From NCBI GenBank assembly GCA_964431915.1, contig CAYSLI010000001.1, positions 191,824 to 255,823 on the forward strand: 64,000 nucleotides of DNA. The letters are read 5' to 3'. The number at the start of each line of letters is the position of its first letter. Position 1 is the stretch's first letter. The stretch comes from an uncultured Candidatus Saccharibacteria bacterium. GTDB lineage: Bacteria > Patescibacteriota > Minisyncoccia > Minisyncoccales > CAZKCU01. A model generated the notes under the pieces. The model did not search any database. It was given only the letters and a program-made list of their open reading frames with translations, and was not told the origin of the DNA. Positions 43,059-52,776 of this stretch are shown piece after piece. A program made the position numbers and the translations under genes.

Positions 43059-45260
43059 ATGGCTAAAAAGAAAAATCAAAAAAAGAATAGAAGAATCTTT
43101 GGAAAAACAAGGAATCCAGGATACCTTTCCGCTTTGTCCGGCAAAACCAAAAGATGGATTTGGGGAATTTTATTTTTATTAGTGGCAATAATTCTGATAT
43201 TTTCTTTTGCGGATAAAGCCGGGATAGCCGGGAAAGCTCTAATGAAAGGACTTACTTTTTTAATAGGAAAGACAGTTTTTATAATTCCTTTAATTTTTGC
43301 AATAGCTAGTGGAATATTTTTAACCACAAAATACAAAAAATTTTTATTGCCAGCAACTTTAGCAATTCTGCTTTTGATTTTGGGAATTTCTGGAATTTTG
43401 GGGAGCCTAAATTCGGACCAAAAACTTGCCCCAGTTAAACCTGGAATAGGAGAGGGAGAGGGGGGGTGGATAGGTTATATTTTTAGCTTATCCTTGATTA
43501 AATTATTTGGTTTTTGGGTAACTCAAATTATATCTGGAGTTCTAATTATTATCGGGGGTTTAATTTTCTGGCAATTTTTAAAACAAGCTATGCCTTCAAA
43601 AACTGAAGCCGAAATCTTGGAAAAGGAAACTTCTGAACCTTCTTTTATTAAAAGAATTTTTAGGCCAAAATTTAGGGTAAAAGAAATCCCGCCCCTATCT
43701 CCCAAAGAGAGGGAAAAAGCTGAAGCACAACCTGGCTTTCCGGAGTCAAAAACTAAAGTACCGGAACCTGCTGCAATTTCTAGCCCGGAAGGTTATCATT
43801 TCCCGCCTTTGGATTTACTTGAGTCAGATACCGGGCAACCTTCCAGCGGTGATATCAAAGTAAATTCGGCAATCATTAAAAAAACTTTACAAAATTTTGA
43901 TATTCCAGTAGAGATGTCCAAGGTAAATATTGGCCCCACTGTTACTCAATATACCTTAAAGCCAGCTGAAGGAGTAAAATTATCAAAAATTACCGCTTTA
44001 AGTAATAATCTTTCCTTAGCCCTGGCCGCTCATCCCATTAGAATTGAAGCTCCTATTCCTGGCAAACCCTTAGTGGGAATTGAGATTCCAAACAAAATCC
44101 GAACGAGGGTGAGACTGAGAAATCTTTTTTCTCTTCCTGAATTTCAAAATCATCCTTCGAATTTAGCCATTACCTTAGGAAAAGATGTAACCGGGAAGGC
44201 TGTTTTTACAGATTTAGGAAAGATGCCTCATCTTTTAGTTGCCGGGGCTACGGGTACTGGAAAGACAATTTATTTAAACTCTTTAATTTTGAGTCTTCTT
44301 TATCGAAATGGGCCGGAGATTTTAAGATTTATTTTAATTGACCCCAAAAGAGTGGAATTTCCAGTCTATCAAGATTTCCCCCACCTTTTAACCCCGGTAA
44401 TTTATAATGCCCAAAAAACAATAAATGTATTAAAATGGTTGACCTTAGAGATGGAAAGAAGGTTTGAAATTTTGGCCGAGACAAAAACTCGAAATATCAC
44501 TCTCTATAATGAAGCAGTTTTAAAAAAGGGCGACCATTTAATGCCTTATATTGTTTTAATTATTGACGAGTTAGCTGATTTAATGGCTGCCAGAGGTAAA
44601 GAAATTGAAGCTGGAATTGTTAGGTTAGCCCAGATGGCCAGAGCGGTTGGCATCCATCTGGTAGTTGCTACTCAGCGACCCTCGGTTGAGGTAATTACCG
44701 GTTTAATTAAAGCTAACATAACTTCAAGGATTGCCTTTCAGGTCGCTTCTCAAGTTGATTCAAGGACAATTTTAGATATGGCTGGAGCAGAAAAACTTTT
44801 GGGGGTAGGAGACCTTTTGTATCTTTCAGCTGAATCGGCTAAACCCAAAAGAATGCAGGGAGCTTATGTTTCAGAAAAAGAGCTAAAAAGGGTAATGGAA
44901 TTTTTCAAGAAAAAAGGCATGCCTCCTATTTTTAAAAATGAACTTGAAGAAAATTTGAAAGAAGAGTTAGAAAAAAGAGAAATGGATGAAACGGGAGAAA
45001 GAGCTGAAACCTTTTTTAAGGGAGAAGATCCTCTTTATGAAGAGGCCAAAAAATTAGTGATTCGCTCAAGAAAAGCCTCAGCTTCTTTACTTCAAAGATA
45101 TCTCCGGATTGGCTATGCCAGGGCGGCAAGACTTATTGACATGCTCCAAGAAAGGGGAGTGGTTGGGCCAGGAGAAGGAGCTAAAGCCCGCCAGGTTTAT
45201 ATAAAAGAAGAAGGAGGGACTGAAGAAGAGGAGGAGTCAGATGGCTGGAAAAAAGTTTAA
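43059..45260 (+). CDS. ftsK: DNA translocase FtsK/SpoIIIE
   Basis: N-terminal TM helices, PHLLVAGATGTGKT, IDELADLM, ATQRPS, gamma domain LRIGYARAARL. Confidence 0.96.
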   Translation: MAKKKNQKKNRRIFGKTRNPGYLSALSGKTKRWIWGILFLLVAIILIFSFADKAGIAGKALMKGLTFLIGKTVFIIPLIFAIASGIFLTTKYKKFLLPATLAILLLILGISGILGSLNSDQKLAPVKPGIGEGEGGWIGYIFSLSLIKLFGFWVTQIISGVLIIIGGLIFWQFLKQAMPSKTEAEILEKETSEPSFIKRIFRPKFRVKEIPPLSPKEREKAEAQPGFPESKTKVPEPAAISSPEGYHFPPLDLLESDTGQPSSGDIKVNSAIIKKTLQNFDIPVEMSKVNIGPTVTQYTLKPAEGVKLSKITALSNNLSLALAAHPIRIEAPIPGKPLVGIEIPNKIRTRVRLRNLFSLPEFQNHPSNLAITLGKDVTGKAVFTDLGKMPHLLVAGATGTGKTIYLNSLILSLLYRNGPEILRFILIDPKRVEFPVYQDFPHLLTPVIYNAQKTINVLKWLTLEMERRFEILAETKTRNITLYNEAVLKKGDHLMPYIVLIIDELADLMAARGKEIEAGIVRLAQMARAVGIHLVVATQRPSVEVITGLIKANITSRIAFQVASQVDSRTILDMAGAEKLLGVGDLLYLSAESAKPKRMQGAYVSEKELKRVMEFFKKKGMPPIFKNELEENLKEELEKREMDETGERAETFFKGEDPLYEEAKKLVIRSRKASASLLQRYLRIGYARAARLIDMLQERGVVGPGEGAKARQVYIKEEGGTEEEEESDGWKKV

Positions 45261-45280
45261 AGTTGTGATAATCTAAAATT

Positions 45281-46276
45281 ATGGCAAAACAAAAAAAACA
45301 AGATACTAAGAAAAAGGATTTGGCAGAGGCGGTTGAGGAAATCAAACAGCGGTTTGGTGAAGGAGCGATTATGAAACTAAAAGAGGTAAGACCGGTTGAT
45401 ATTGGTGTTATTCCTACGGGAGCAATTTCTTTAGATTTAGCCTTAGGAGTAGGTGGAATTCCCAGAGGGAGAGTGATTGAAATTTATGGGATTGAATCGA
45501 CCGGAAAAAGTACTTTAGCTTTGCATGTTTGTTCTGAGGCCCAAAAAAAGGGCGGTGTGGCTGCTTTTATTGATGTTGAGCATGCCTTAGACCCAGATTA
45601 TGCCAGAAAAATCGGAGTAAACCTTGATGACCTTTTAATTTCCCAACCAGACTCAGGTGAACAAGCTCTCCAGATCGTTGAAACTTTAGTTAGGCCAGGG
45701 CTGGTAGATGTCGTTGTTATTGATTCGGTAGCCGCTTTAACTCCAAAAGCCGAGATTGCCGGGGAGATGGGTGAGTTTCAGATAGGACTTCAAGCCCGTC
45801 TTATGAGTCAAGCATTGAGAAAGCTTTCCGGGATTGTTGCTAAGACAAAAACAGCTGTTATATTTTTAAATCAAACCAGAATGAAAATTGGGGTTAGGTG
45901 GGGGAATCCAGAAACAACCCCTGGGGGATTAGCTTTAAAATTTTATGCCTCGGTAAGAATTAATTTAAAAAGAATAGCTCAGATAAAATACAAGGATGAA
46001 ATTATTGGCAGCAGGATTAAGGCAAAAATAGTTAAAAATAAGGTGGCCGCTCCTTTTAAAACTACCGAATTTGATATTTATTACAATGAAGGAATTTCCA
46101 AATTTGCAGATATTTTAAATACTGGAGTAAAATATGAAATTGTCAAAAAAGCCGGCTCTTGGTTTCAATTTGAAAATACAAAATTAGGCCAGGGGATAGA
46201 GGAGGGCAGAACTTTTTTAAAGGAAAATCCGGAAGTAACTAAAAAAATAGTCAAAGAGATAAAAAAAGCGATATAG
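45281..46276 (+). CDS. recA: Recombinase RecA
   Basis: [42 protein letters not shown]. Confidence 0.98.
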   Translation: MAKQKKQDTKKKDLAEAVEEIKQRFGEGAIMKLKEVRPVDIGVIPTGAISLDLALGVGGIPRGRVIEIYGIESTGKSTLALHVCSEAQKKGGVAAFIDVEHALDPDYARKIGVNLDDLLISQPDSGEQALQIVETLVRPGLVDVVVIDSVAALTPKAEIAGEMGEFQIGLQARLMSQALRKLSGIVAKTKTAVIFLNQTRMKIGVRWGNPETTPGGLALKFYASVRINLKRIAQIKYKDEIIGSRIKAKIVKNKVAAPFKTTEFDIYYNEGISKFADILNTGVKYEIVKKAGSWFQFENTKLGQGIEEGRTFLKENPEVTKKIVKEIKKAI

Positions 46277-46293
46277 ATGATATAATGAATCAA

Positions 46294-46334
46294 AACAAAA
46301 AAACGACTTTAACCAATAGGCCGTTTTTTTTGTT
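46294..46334. terminator. Probable bidirectional terminator between recA and rpsR
   Basis: AACAAAAAAACG...CGTTTTTTTTGTT inverted repeat between convergent genes. Confidence 0.6.
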
Positions 46335-46342
46335 CAAGATAG

Positions 46343-46540
46343 CTATTTTGTTGTATATGATAACAATCCCAAATGCCTTGCTCTTTTTATAGCTCTTGCA
46401 AGTTTTCTTTGGTGAGTAGAACAAACTCCGGTTCTTTTTTTCGGCCTGATTTTTCCCAGGCCAGAAATAAATCTCCGAAGAACCTCTGTTTCTCTAAAAT
46501 CGATTTCTTTTATATTTCTCTGGCAAAAATAACATTCCAT
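46343..46540 (-). CDS. rpsR: 30S ribosomal protein S18 (Zn-binding form)
   Basis: MECYFC..IDF..L..FIS..GKI..TGVC..HQRKLARAIKRAR; start reassigned to 46540. Confidence 0.95.
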   Translation of the reverse strand: MECYFCQRNIKEIDFRETEVLRRFISGLGKIRPKKRTGVCSTHQRKLARAIKRARHLGLLSYTTK

Positions 46541-46546
46541 ATTTTT

Positions 46547-46563
46547 CAGAGGTCCGACCTCTG
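46547..46563. repeat. Short REP-like palindrome
   Basis: CAGAGGTC-C-GACCTCTG between ssb and rpsR. Confidence 0.55.
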
Positions 46564-46575
46564 CGTGAAAAACTC

Positions 46576-47013
<438 letters not shown>

Positions 47014-47454
47014 TTATTCGCCTAAAATTTCTTCCAATTTTTTATCTATTTCTTTTAATTCGACCTTTTTTTCTTTTGGTTTGACAATTTTTTTATCTTT
47101 GTAAGTTTTAGAAGGCGAAATTTTGAGGGGCTGAGGCATTTTTTTACCTCCTGCTAGGGAGATTTTAGGTTGTGGTTTAGTTAAAATTAGATAACGGAGA
47201 ATCTGATTTTCTGACCTGAGCCTTTTTTCCAAACTTCCTAATTTTTCAGGAGCCAAATTAAAATTTATGGTAACTACAAAAGCTTCCTCTTCGTTTTTTA
47301 TTGGATATCCCAATTTTCTTTTAAGAGAATTTCTGCTATCAGTAAAAATTCCATCTTCTCCCTGAATAAGAGATTGTATTTTCTTCTGAAAGGCCTCTCC
47401 TTCCTCTTTAGAGAGACCGGGAGTAAGAAGATAAGTGATTTCGTATTGTTTCAT
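47014..47454 (-). CDS. rpsF: 30S ribosomal protein S6
   Basis: YEITYLL.P, RKLGYPIK, ILRYLI; rpsF-ssb-rpsR order. Confidence 0.93.
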   Translation of the reverse strand: MKQYEITYLLTPGLSKEEGEAFQKKIQSLIQGEDGIFTDSRNSLKRKLGYPIKNEEEAFVVTINFNLAPEKLGSLEKRLRSENQILRYLILTKPQPKISLAGGKKMPQPLKISPSKTYKDKKIVKPKEKKVELKEIDKKLEEILGE

Positions 47455-48491
47455 ATTTTAAATTCTATTATATCGCCGTCTGCAACCAAATAATCTTTTC
47501 CAACTGTTCTTAACCAACCCAGCTCCCTTGCTTTGGTCCAAGAATTAGCTTCAATTAATTTTTGCCAGGGGATGACTTCAGCCCGGATAAACTTTTCCTC
47601 AAAATCAGAATGAACTTTTGCTCCTGCCTGAGGAGTTGGGGTCTGACGTTTTACGGTCCAGGCGCGAGTTTCTTTTCCTCCAGCTATGGTAAAAAAAGTA
47701 ATTAAACTAAGGGCATTGTAACAACCCAAAATTAACTGGTCAAGCTGAGATTTTAGTTTGAGTTCTTCTATTTCCGACTCTGACAATTCTGAAATTTCTT
47801 CTTCTTCTTTTAAATTCATTACCAAAAACTTATCCTTCAATTTAACGAGGTTCAGCCGTGTCACATTGTTGATGTTTAGAATATAGAAAATGGGTTTTTG
47901 AGTTAAAAACTGATATTCTTTAATTTCTAATTTCTCTTCCTCGGTTAAATCAATCTCAGAAATCAGTTTTCCCTGGGATACCCCTTGCTTTATTTTCTCC
48001 AAAAACTCTAATTTTTTAGGAACTTTTTTATCTCTCTTTGTATCTTTCTGGACTTTTGAAATTAAATTTTCTAAAGTTTCCAGGTCTTTCATCAAAAGCT
48101 CTAGTTTAACAATCCCAATTTCTTTTTCTGGATTAATTTCTCCCAAAACATTCTCAACATTTGGATTTTCAAAAACCCTGATTACTTCTAAAATGGCATC
48201 ACAGTTTCTAATGTGAGCCAGAAACTGATTTCCTAACCCTTCGCCTTTGTGAGCTCCTTTAACAAGACCGGCAATATCTACAAACTCAATGATAGTAGGG
48301 GTAACTTTTTCCGGTTTAATAATTTGAGCAATCTTTTTTAATCTTTCGTCAGGGACAGAAACTGTTCCATAATTCGGATGCAAGGTTGTAAAAGGATAGG
48401 CAGCGATATCAACCTTTTTTTTGGTTAGAGCTTTAAATAATGTTGATTTTCCAACATTGGGTAAGCCAACAATAGCTACTGAAAAACTCAT
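47451..48491 (-). CDS. ychF: Ribosome-binding ATPase YchF
   Basis: GLPNVGKST, YPFTT, DIAGLVKGAHKGEGLGNQFL, TGS domain; start reassigned to 48491. Confidence 0.95.
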   Translation of the reverse strand: MSFSVAIVGLPNVGKSTLFKALTKKKVDIAAYPFTTLHPNYGTVSVPDERLKKIAQIIKPEKVTPTIIEFVDIAGLVKGAHKGEGLGNQFLAHIRNCDAILEVIRVFENPNVENVLGEINPEKEIGIVKLELLMKDLETLENLISKVQKDTKRDKKVPKKLEFLEKIKQGVSQGKLISEIDLTEEEKLEIKEYQFLTQKPIFYILNINNVTRLNLVKLKDKFLVMNLKEEEEISELSESEIEELKLKSQLDQLILGCYNALSLITFFTIAGGKETRAWTVKRQTPTPQAGAKVHSDFEEKFIRAEVIPWQKLIEANSWTKARELGWLRTVGKDYLVADGDIIEFKI

Positions 48492-48515
48492 ATTTTTATG
48501 ATATAATAAAGCATT

Positions 48516-49982
48516 ATGAAAATCAACCATCGAGTGCCGCTATTGCAGCACGAAGATAAAGATGAGAACGAAGTTCTCATCGCCCCCTCAATTTTTCGCG
48601 CCTATGATATTCGCGGAATTTACCCGGAACAGTTGAATGAAACTGTGGCTTGGAGAGTAGCCAGGACAATAGCTGAATTTTACCCTAAGCCCCAAAAATT
48701 AGTTGTTGCTTGTGACCCGAGATTAAGTTCGCCGTCTCTTTTGAAAGCAGTAATAAACGCTTTTTTAGAGAGTGGCAAAGAAGTAATAAATATTGGAATA
48801 GCTCCAGATCCTTTATTTTACTTTACTATCTTCCACTATAATTACGACGGTGGGATAATGATTTCTGGTTCTCATAATCCAAAAGAATATAATGGAATAA
48901 CCTTGAACATTAGAAAATCGGCAAAAGGCAAACCAGGAGATATAATTCAAGAAGAATTAGAGAAAATCAAAGAAAGAGTTTTAGAAAAAAGAGAGTTTGA
49001 AAGCTCGACAAAAAGGGGGAGTGTTAAAGAATTTGATCCAACTGAGGATTACATTAATTATGTAGCCTCGCGAGTAAAACTTAAAAGGCAATTAAAAATT
49101 ATTATTGACTCAGCTAATGGTTCCTGCGGTTATCTTCCGGAAAAAGTTTTTAAAAAACTAGGTTGTGAGGTAAAAACTCTTTATGCTGATTTTGATGGTA
49201 CTTTTCCAAATCATCCGCCAGACCCTTATAAAAAAGAGAATTTAAAAGATATTGAAGAAAAAGTTTTAAAAGAAAAAGCTGATATTGGTTTTGCTTTTGA
49301 TGCTGATGGCGACAGAGTGGCACCAATTGACAATAAAGGAAGGCAGGTTTTAGGAGATGCTTGTCTTTTAATGTTAGCCCGACATGTCCTGAAAAAGAAA
49401 AAAGGTCCGATTGTTCATTGTATGCGGGCTTCAAAAACTCTTTTAGATGAGATGGCAAGAGAAGATGTTAAAACTTATTTTTCTGTTTCTCATCATAGCG
49501 CGATTATTAAAAAAATAATTGAAGTGGGTGCTGTTTTTGGAGGTGAAATTACTTATCATTTATTTTTCCCGCTCGATTATTATCTTTATGACGATGCTTT
49601 GTTTGCCTCTTTGAAATTAGCCGAGATTACCTCCCAATACGAAAATTTTTCTCAATATATTGATAATTTACCTTCTTATCAGGCCAGTCCAGAAGTGTTT
49701 ATCGAGTTTCCCGACGAAAAGAAGTTTAAGATTATTGCAAATTTGCAAGAATATTTAAGAAAAAATAGTTATGATTTCATTGATATTGATGGAGCGCGGA
49801 TTAATTTTCATAATGGCTGGGCCTTAATTAGAGCATCGAACACAGGACCATTTCTTAAATGTCGTTTTGAAGGTGAAACAAGAAAAAACTTACTAGAGAT
49901 AGAAAAAAAATCATTGGAGATTTTCCAAAAAGCTGGAGTTCCGATAACAAAAAAGATCTATCAGGAATTAGATCTTAAATAA
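48516..49982 (+). CDS. Phosphomannomutase/phosphoglucomutase
   Basis: IFRAYDIRG, ISGSHNP, FDADGDR, RASNT. Confidence 0.93.
   Translation: MKINHRVPLLQHEDKDENEVLIAPSIFRAYDIRGIYPEQLNETVAWRVARTIAEFYPKPQKLVVACDPRLSSPSLLKAVINAFLESGKEVINIGIAPDPLFYFTIFHYNYDGGIMISGSHNPKEYNGITLNIRKSAKGKPGDIIQEELEKIKERVLEKREFESSTKRGSVKEFDPTEDYINYVASRVKLKRQLKIIIDSANGSCGYLPEKVFKKLGCEVKTLYADFDGTFPNHPPDPYKKENLKDIEEKVLKEKADIGFAFDADGDRVAPIDNKGRQVLGDACLLMLARHVLKKKKGPIVHCMRASKTLLDEMAREDVKTYFSVSHHSAIIKKIIEVGAVFGGEITYHLFFPLDYYLYDDALFASLKLAEITSQYENFSQYIDNLPSYQASPEVFIEFPDEKKFKIIANLQEYLRKNSYDFIDIDGARINFHNGWALIRASNTGPFLKCRFEGETRKNLLEIEKKSLEIFQKAGVPITKKIYQELDLK
48528..48584 (+). mobile_element. P1 element inserted in frame (57 bp) in the PMM/PGM N-terminus
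   Basis: ATCGAGTGCCGCTATTGCAGCACGAAGATAAAGATGAGAACGAAGTTCTCATCGCC; removing it gives MKINPSIFRAYDIRG. Confidence 0.8.
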
Positions 49983-50004
49983 TAAATCTTTTTAATTGAC
50001 TTTT

Positions 50005-50982
50005 TTAAACTAAGCCCATTTTTTTTCGGACCTCAGCCATAGTAGATTGAGCAATAATCTGGGCTTTTCTGTTTCCTTTATCTAAGATATCTCTGACATA
50101 AACTTCTCTTGAGAGAAGTTCTTTTCTTTTTCGGCGAAATGGTTCTAAAGAATTTATTAGAAGCTTAGCCAAAGATTTCTTAAAATCAGCATAACCCTTT
50201 CCTTTACTTTTTTTCTCAATTTCTTTAATTGTTTTTTCCGAAAACAGAGAATAAATAATTAAGAGATTAGATATCCCTGGTTTCTTTTTCTGGTCATATT
50301 TAATTACCTTTCCAGTGTCAGTGACAGCTGACATTATCTTCTTTTGAATTTCTTCCGGTTCATCAAATAACCCAATACAACCCCGGGAGTCATCGGTTTT
50401 TGACATTTTTTTCTTAGGATTTTGCAAACTCATTATTTTTGCTCCGATTTTGGGAAGTAAAACTTTTGGTTCCTTGAAAGTTTGGCCGAAGATTTGATTA
50501 AATTTTCTGGCAACGGTTCTAGCTAATTCAACGTGTTGTTCTTGGTCTTTTCCTACTGGAACTAAATCGGTTTGATAAAGCAAAATATCAGCAGCCATTA
50601 AAACCGGGTAATTCAAAAGGCCGGCATTGATATATTCTTTGTGTTTTTTGGCCTTTTCTTTAAACTGGGTCATTCTTTGGAGTTCGCCCAAAGGGGTAAT
50701 TGTTCCTAAAAACCAGGCAAGTTCTGAATGTTCTTTGATTTGGGACTGAACGAAAAAAATACATTTTTCCGGGTTGAGACCAGCAGCTAAATAGATAATA
50801 GCTACATCAAGGATATTTTTTTGAAGCTCTTTGGGATTATAAGGCGTAGTGATTCCATGTAAATCAACAATACAAAAAATACATTCATTTTTTTCTTGAA
50901 GTTCAAGCCATTGTTTAATAGCTCCCAAATAATTTCCAATATGTAGTTCTCCAGTTGGCCTAATGCCGCTAAATATCCTCAT
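50005..50982 (-). CDS. trpS: Tryptophan--tRNA ligase
   Basis: SGIRPTGELHIGNY, YPVLMAADIL, VPVGKDQEQHVE, KMSKT. Confidence 0.97.
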   Translation of the reverse strand: MRIFSGIRPTGELHIGNYLGAIKQWLELQEKNECIFCIVDLHGITTPYNPKELQKNILDVAIIYLAAGLNPEKCIFFVQSQIKEHSELAWFLGTITPLGELQRMTQFKEKAKKHKEYINAGLLNYPVLMAADILLYQTDLVPVGKDQEQHVELARTVARKFNQIFGQTFKEPKVLLPKIGAKIMSLQNPKKKMSKTDDSRGCIGLFDEPEEIQKKIMSAVTDTGKVIKYDQKKKPGISNLLIIYSLFSEKTIKEIEKKSKGKGYADFKKSLAKLLINSLEPFRRKRKELLSREVYVRDILDKGNRKAQIIAQSTMAEVRKKMGLV

Positions 50983-50990
50983 ATTTTTTA

Positions 50991-52673
50991 TTAAACTTCT
51001 ATGACTACAGGTAAAATCATTGGCCTTCTCTGAGTTTTGGAAAAAAGAAATTGGCCGATTTTGTTTCTTATTTCATTTTTGACATAACTCCAATTAACAG
51101 CTCCCCCAGAACCAGCTGCTTTATCGACAATACCGATTACCTTTTTTCTTGTTTCTTTGAGTAATTCCTTTGACTCTCTAAGATAAACAAATCCTCTTGA
51201 TATTATATCAGGAGAACCCTTGACTTTACCAGAGATTCTATCAATTACGGCTACAATTACAAACATTCCATCCTGAGCTAAATTTTGTCTATCTCTTAAA
51301 ACAACTTCTCCAACATCTCCTATTCCTAAACCATCAACCATAACAAGATTTGAAGGGACGGCTTTTTTCTCTATAAAAATTTCTTTCTGGTTTAAATTAA
51401 TTATTTTTCCGTTTTCAGCTAAAATAATATTTTTTTCGGGCACACCCATTTTTTGAGCAATTTCAGCGTGAATTACTAACATTGAAAATTGCCCATAAGC
51501 AGGAAGAAAAAATTTCGGTTTCATAATGTTTATCATTTTCTTAAGTTCTTCCTGGTGAGCATGTCCGCCGGCGTGAATATCCATCATTTTATAGTGGAAA
51601 ACCCTTGCTCCTTGTCGATAAAATTCATCTTTTAAAACTTGAACCGTTCTTTCATTGCCAGGAATTGCAGAGGAAGAGAAAATAATTGTATCTCCTCTTT
51701 TAAAATGGATAAATTTATGTTCGTTGTTTGCAATTCTCATTAAAACCGCCCGTCCTTCTCCTTGAGCTCCAGTACAAATAACGGTTATTTCTGAATTGGG
51801 ATAATTAGTAATCTGCTTTGCCTTAATTAAAGTGCCATTTTTTATCTTTAGATATCCTAATTTTCTGGCAATTTCTACATTAGTTTTCATTGAACGTCCT
51901 TCTATGCAAACTCTCCTTCCATATTTTTCCGAGAGGGCAATGATTTGCTGAATTCTGTTTAAAAGAGAAGCAAAGGTAGATGCAATAATCCGTCCTTTTG
52001 TCTCTTTGAAAATTTCATCTAAGTTTTCTTCAATTGTTTTTTCTGACAAGGAATGTCCGGGCTCTTCAGCATTAGTTGAATCTGAAATTAAAAGCAGAAT
52101 ATCTCTTTTTCCTAACATTTCTAATTTTTTAAAATCAGTTGGTAAGTCATTTACTGGAGTTTGGTCAAATTTGAAATCAGAAGTAATTAAAACATTTCCT
52201 ACCGGTGTTTTAATGAAAAGGCCAAGATTTCCAGGAATGCTGTGATTTTGTGAAAAAAATTCAATATTAAAAGGACCAATTTTTATTCTATCATTGTTTT
52301 TAACAATAGTAATATCCAATCTTGGCAGATTCGGAAATTCCTCCTGTCTTTTTAGGATGATTCCCCGGGTAAGAGCAGAAGTAAAAATAGGAGGATTGCC
52401 AATTTTTTCAATTAGATAAGGGATAGCACCAATGTGGTCGTAATGGCCGTGGGTGATAAGCGCTCCCAAGATATTTTTTGTTTTATTCTTTAAATAACTA
52501 ACATTAGGAATAATACAATCAATTCCCAGCATATCTTCTTCTGGAAAACCAAGGCCCATGTCAATAATCAAAATTTTCCCTTCATATTCAAGGAGCATCA
52601 TATTACGGCCAACCTCGCCTAATCCACCAAGCGGAATAATGCGGAGGTTGGGCTTTTTTGTTGATTTAATCAT
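50991..52673 (-). CDS. rnj: Ribonuclease J
   Basis: IIPLGGLGEVGRNM, THGHYDHIGA, TGAQGE, HAGGHA; start reassigned to 52673 because the longer ORF runs through the tRNA. Confidence 0.95.
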   Translation of the reverse strand: MIKSTKKPNLRIIPLGGLGEVGRNMMLLEYEGKILIIDMGLGFPEEDMLGIDCIIPNVSYLKNKTKNILGALITHGHYDHIGAIPYLIEKIGNPPIFTSALTRGIILKRQEEFPNLPRLDITIVKNNDRIKIGPFNIEFFSQNHSIPGNLGLFIKTPVGNVLITSDFKFDQTPVNDLPTDFKKLEMLGKRDILLLISDSTNAEEPGHSLSEKTIEENLDEIFKETKGRIIASTFASLLNRIQQIIALSEKYGRRVCIEGRSMKTNVEIARKLGYLKIKNGTLIKAKQITNYPNSEITVICTGAQGEGRAVLMRIANNEHKFIHFKRGDTIIFSSSAIPGNERTVQVLKDEFYRQGARVFHYKMMDIHAGGHAHQEELKKMINIMKPKFFLPAYGQFSMLVIHAEIAQKMGVPEKNIILAENGKIINLNQKEIFIEKKAVPSNLVMVDGLGIGDVGEVVLRDRQNLAQDGMFVIVAVIDRISGKVKGSPDIISRGFVYLRESKELLKETRKKVIGIVDKAAGSGGAVNWSYVKNEIRNKIGQFLFSKTQRRPMILPVVIEV

Positions 52674-52675
52674 AG

Positions 52676-52760
52676 TGCCGAAGGTGGGATTCGAACCCAC
52701 AAGGGCTTTCGCCCAACGGCTCCTGGGGCCGCCGCGTTTACCAAATTTCGCCACTTCGGC
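52676..52760 (-). tRNA. tRNA-Leu (anticodon CAG)
   Basis: Acceptor GCCGAAG/CTTCGGC-A, T arm GTGGG-TTCGAAT-CCCAC, long variable arm, anticodon loop CC-CAG-GA; CCA not encoded. Confidence 0.9.
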
Positions 52761-52776
52761 TTATCATCTACGGGGC

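Noticed and set aside
52674-52754. N-terminal extension of RNase J in the ORF track
   Set aside because: It is the translation of the tRNA-Leu gene; the ATG at 52673 is the plausible start.
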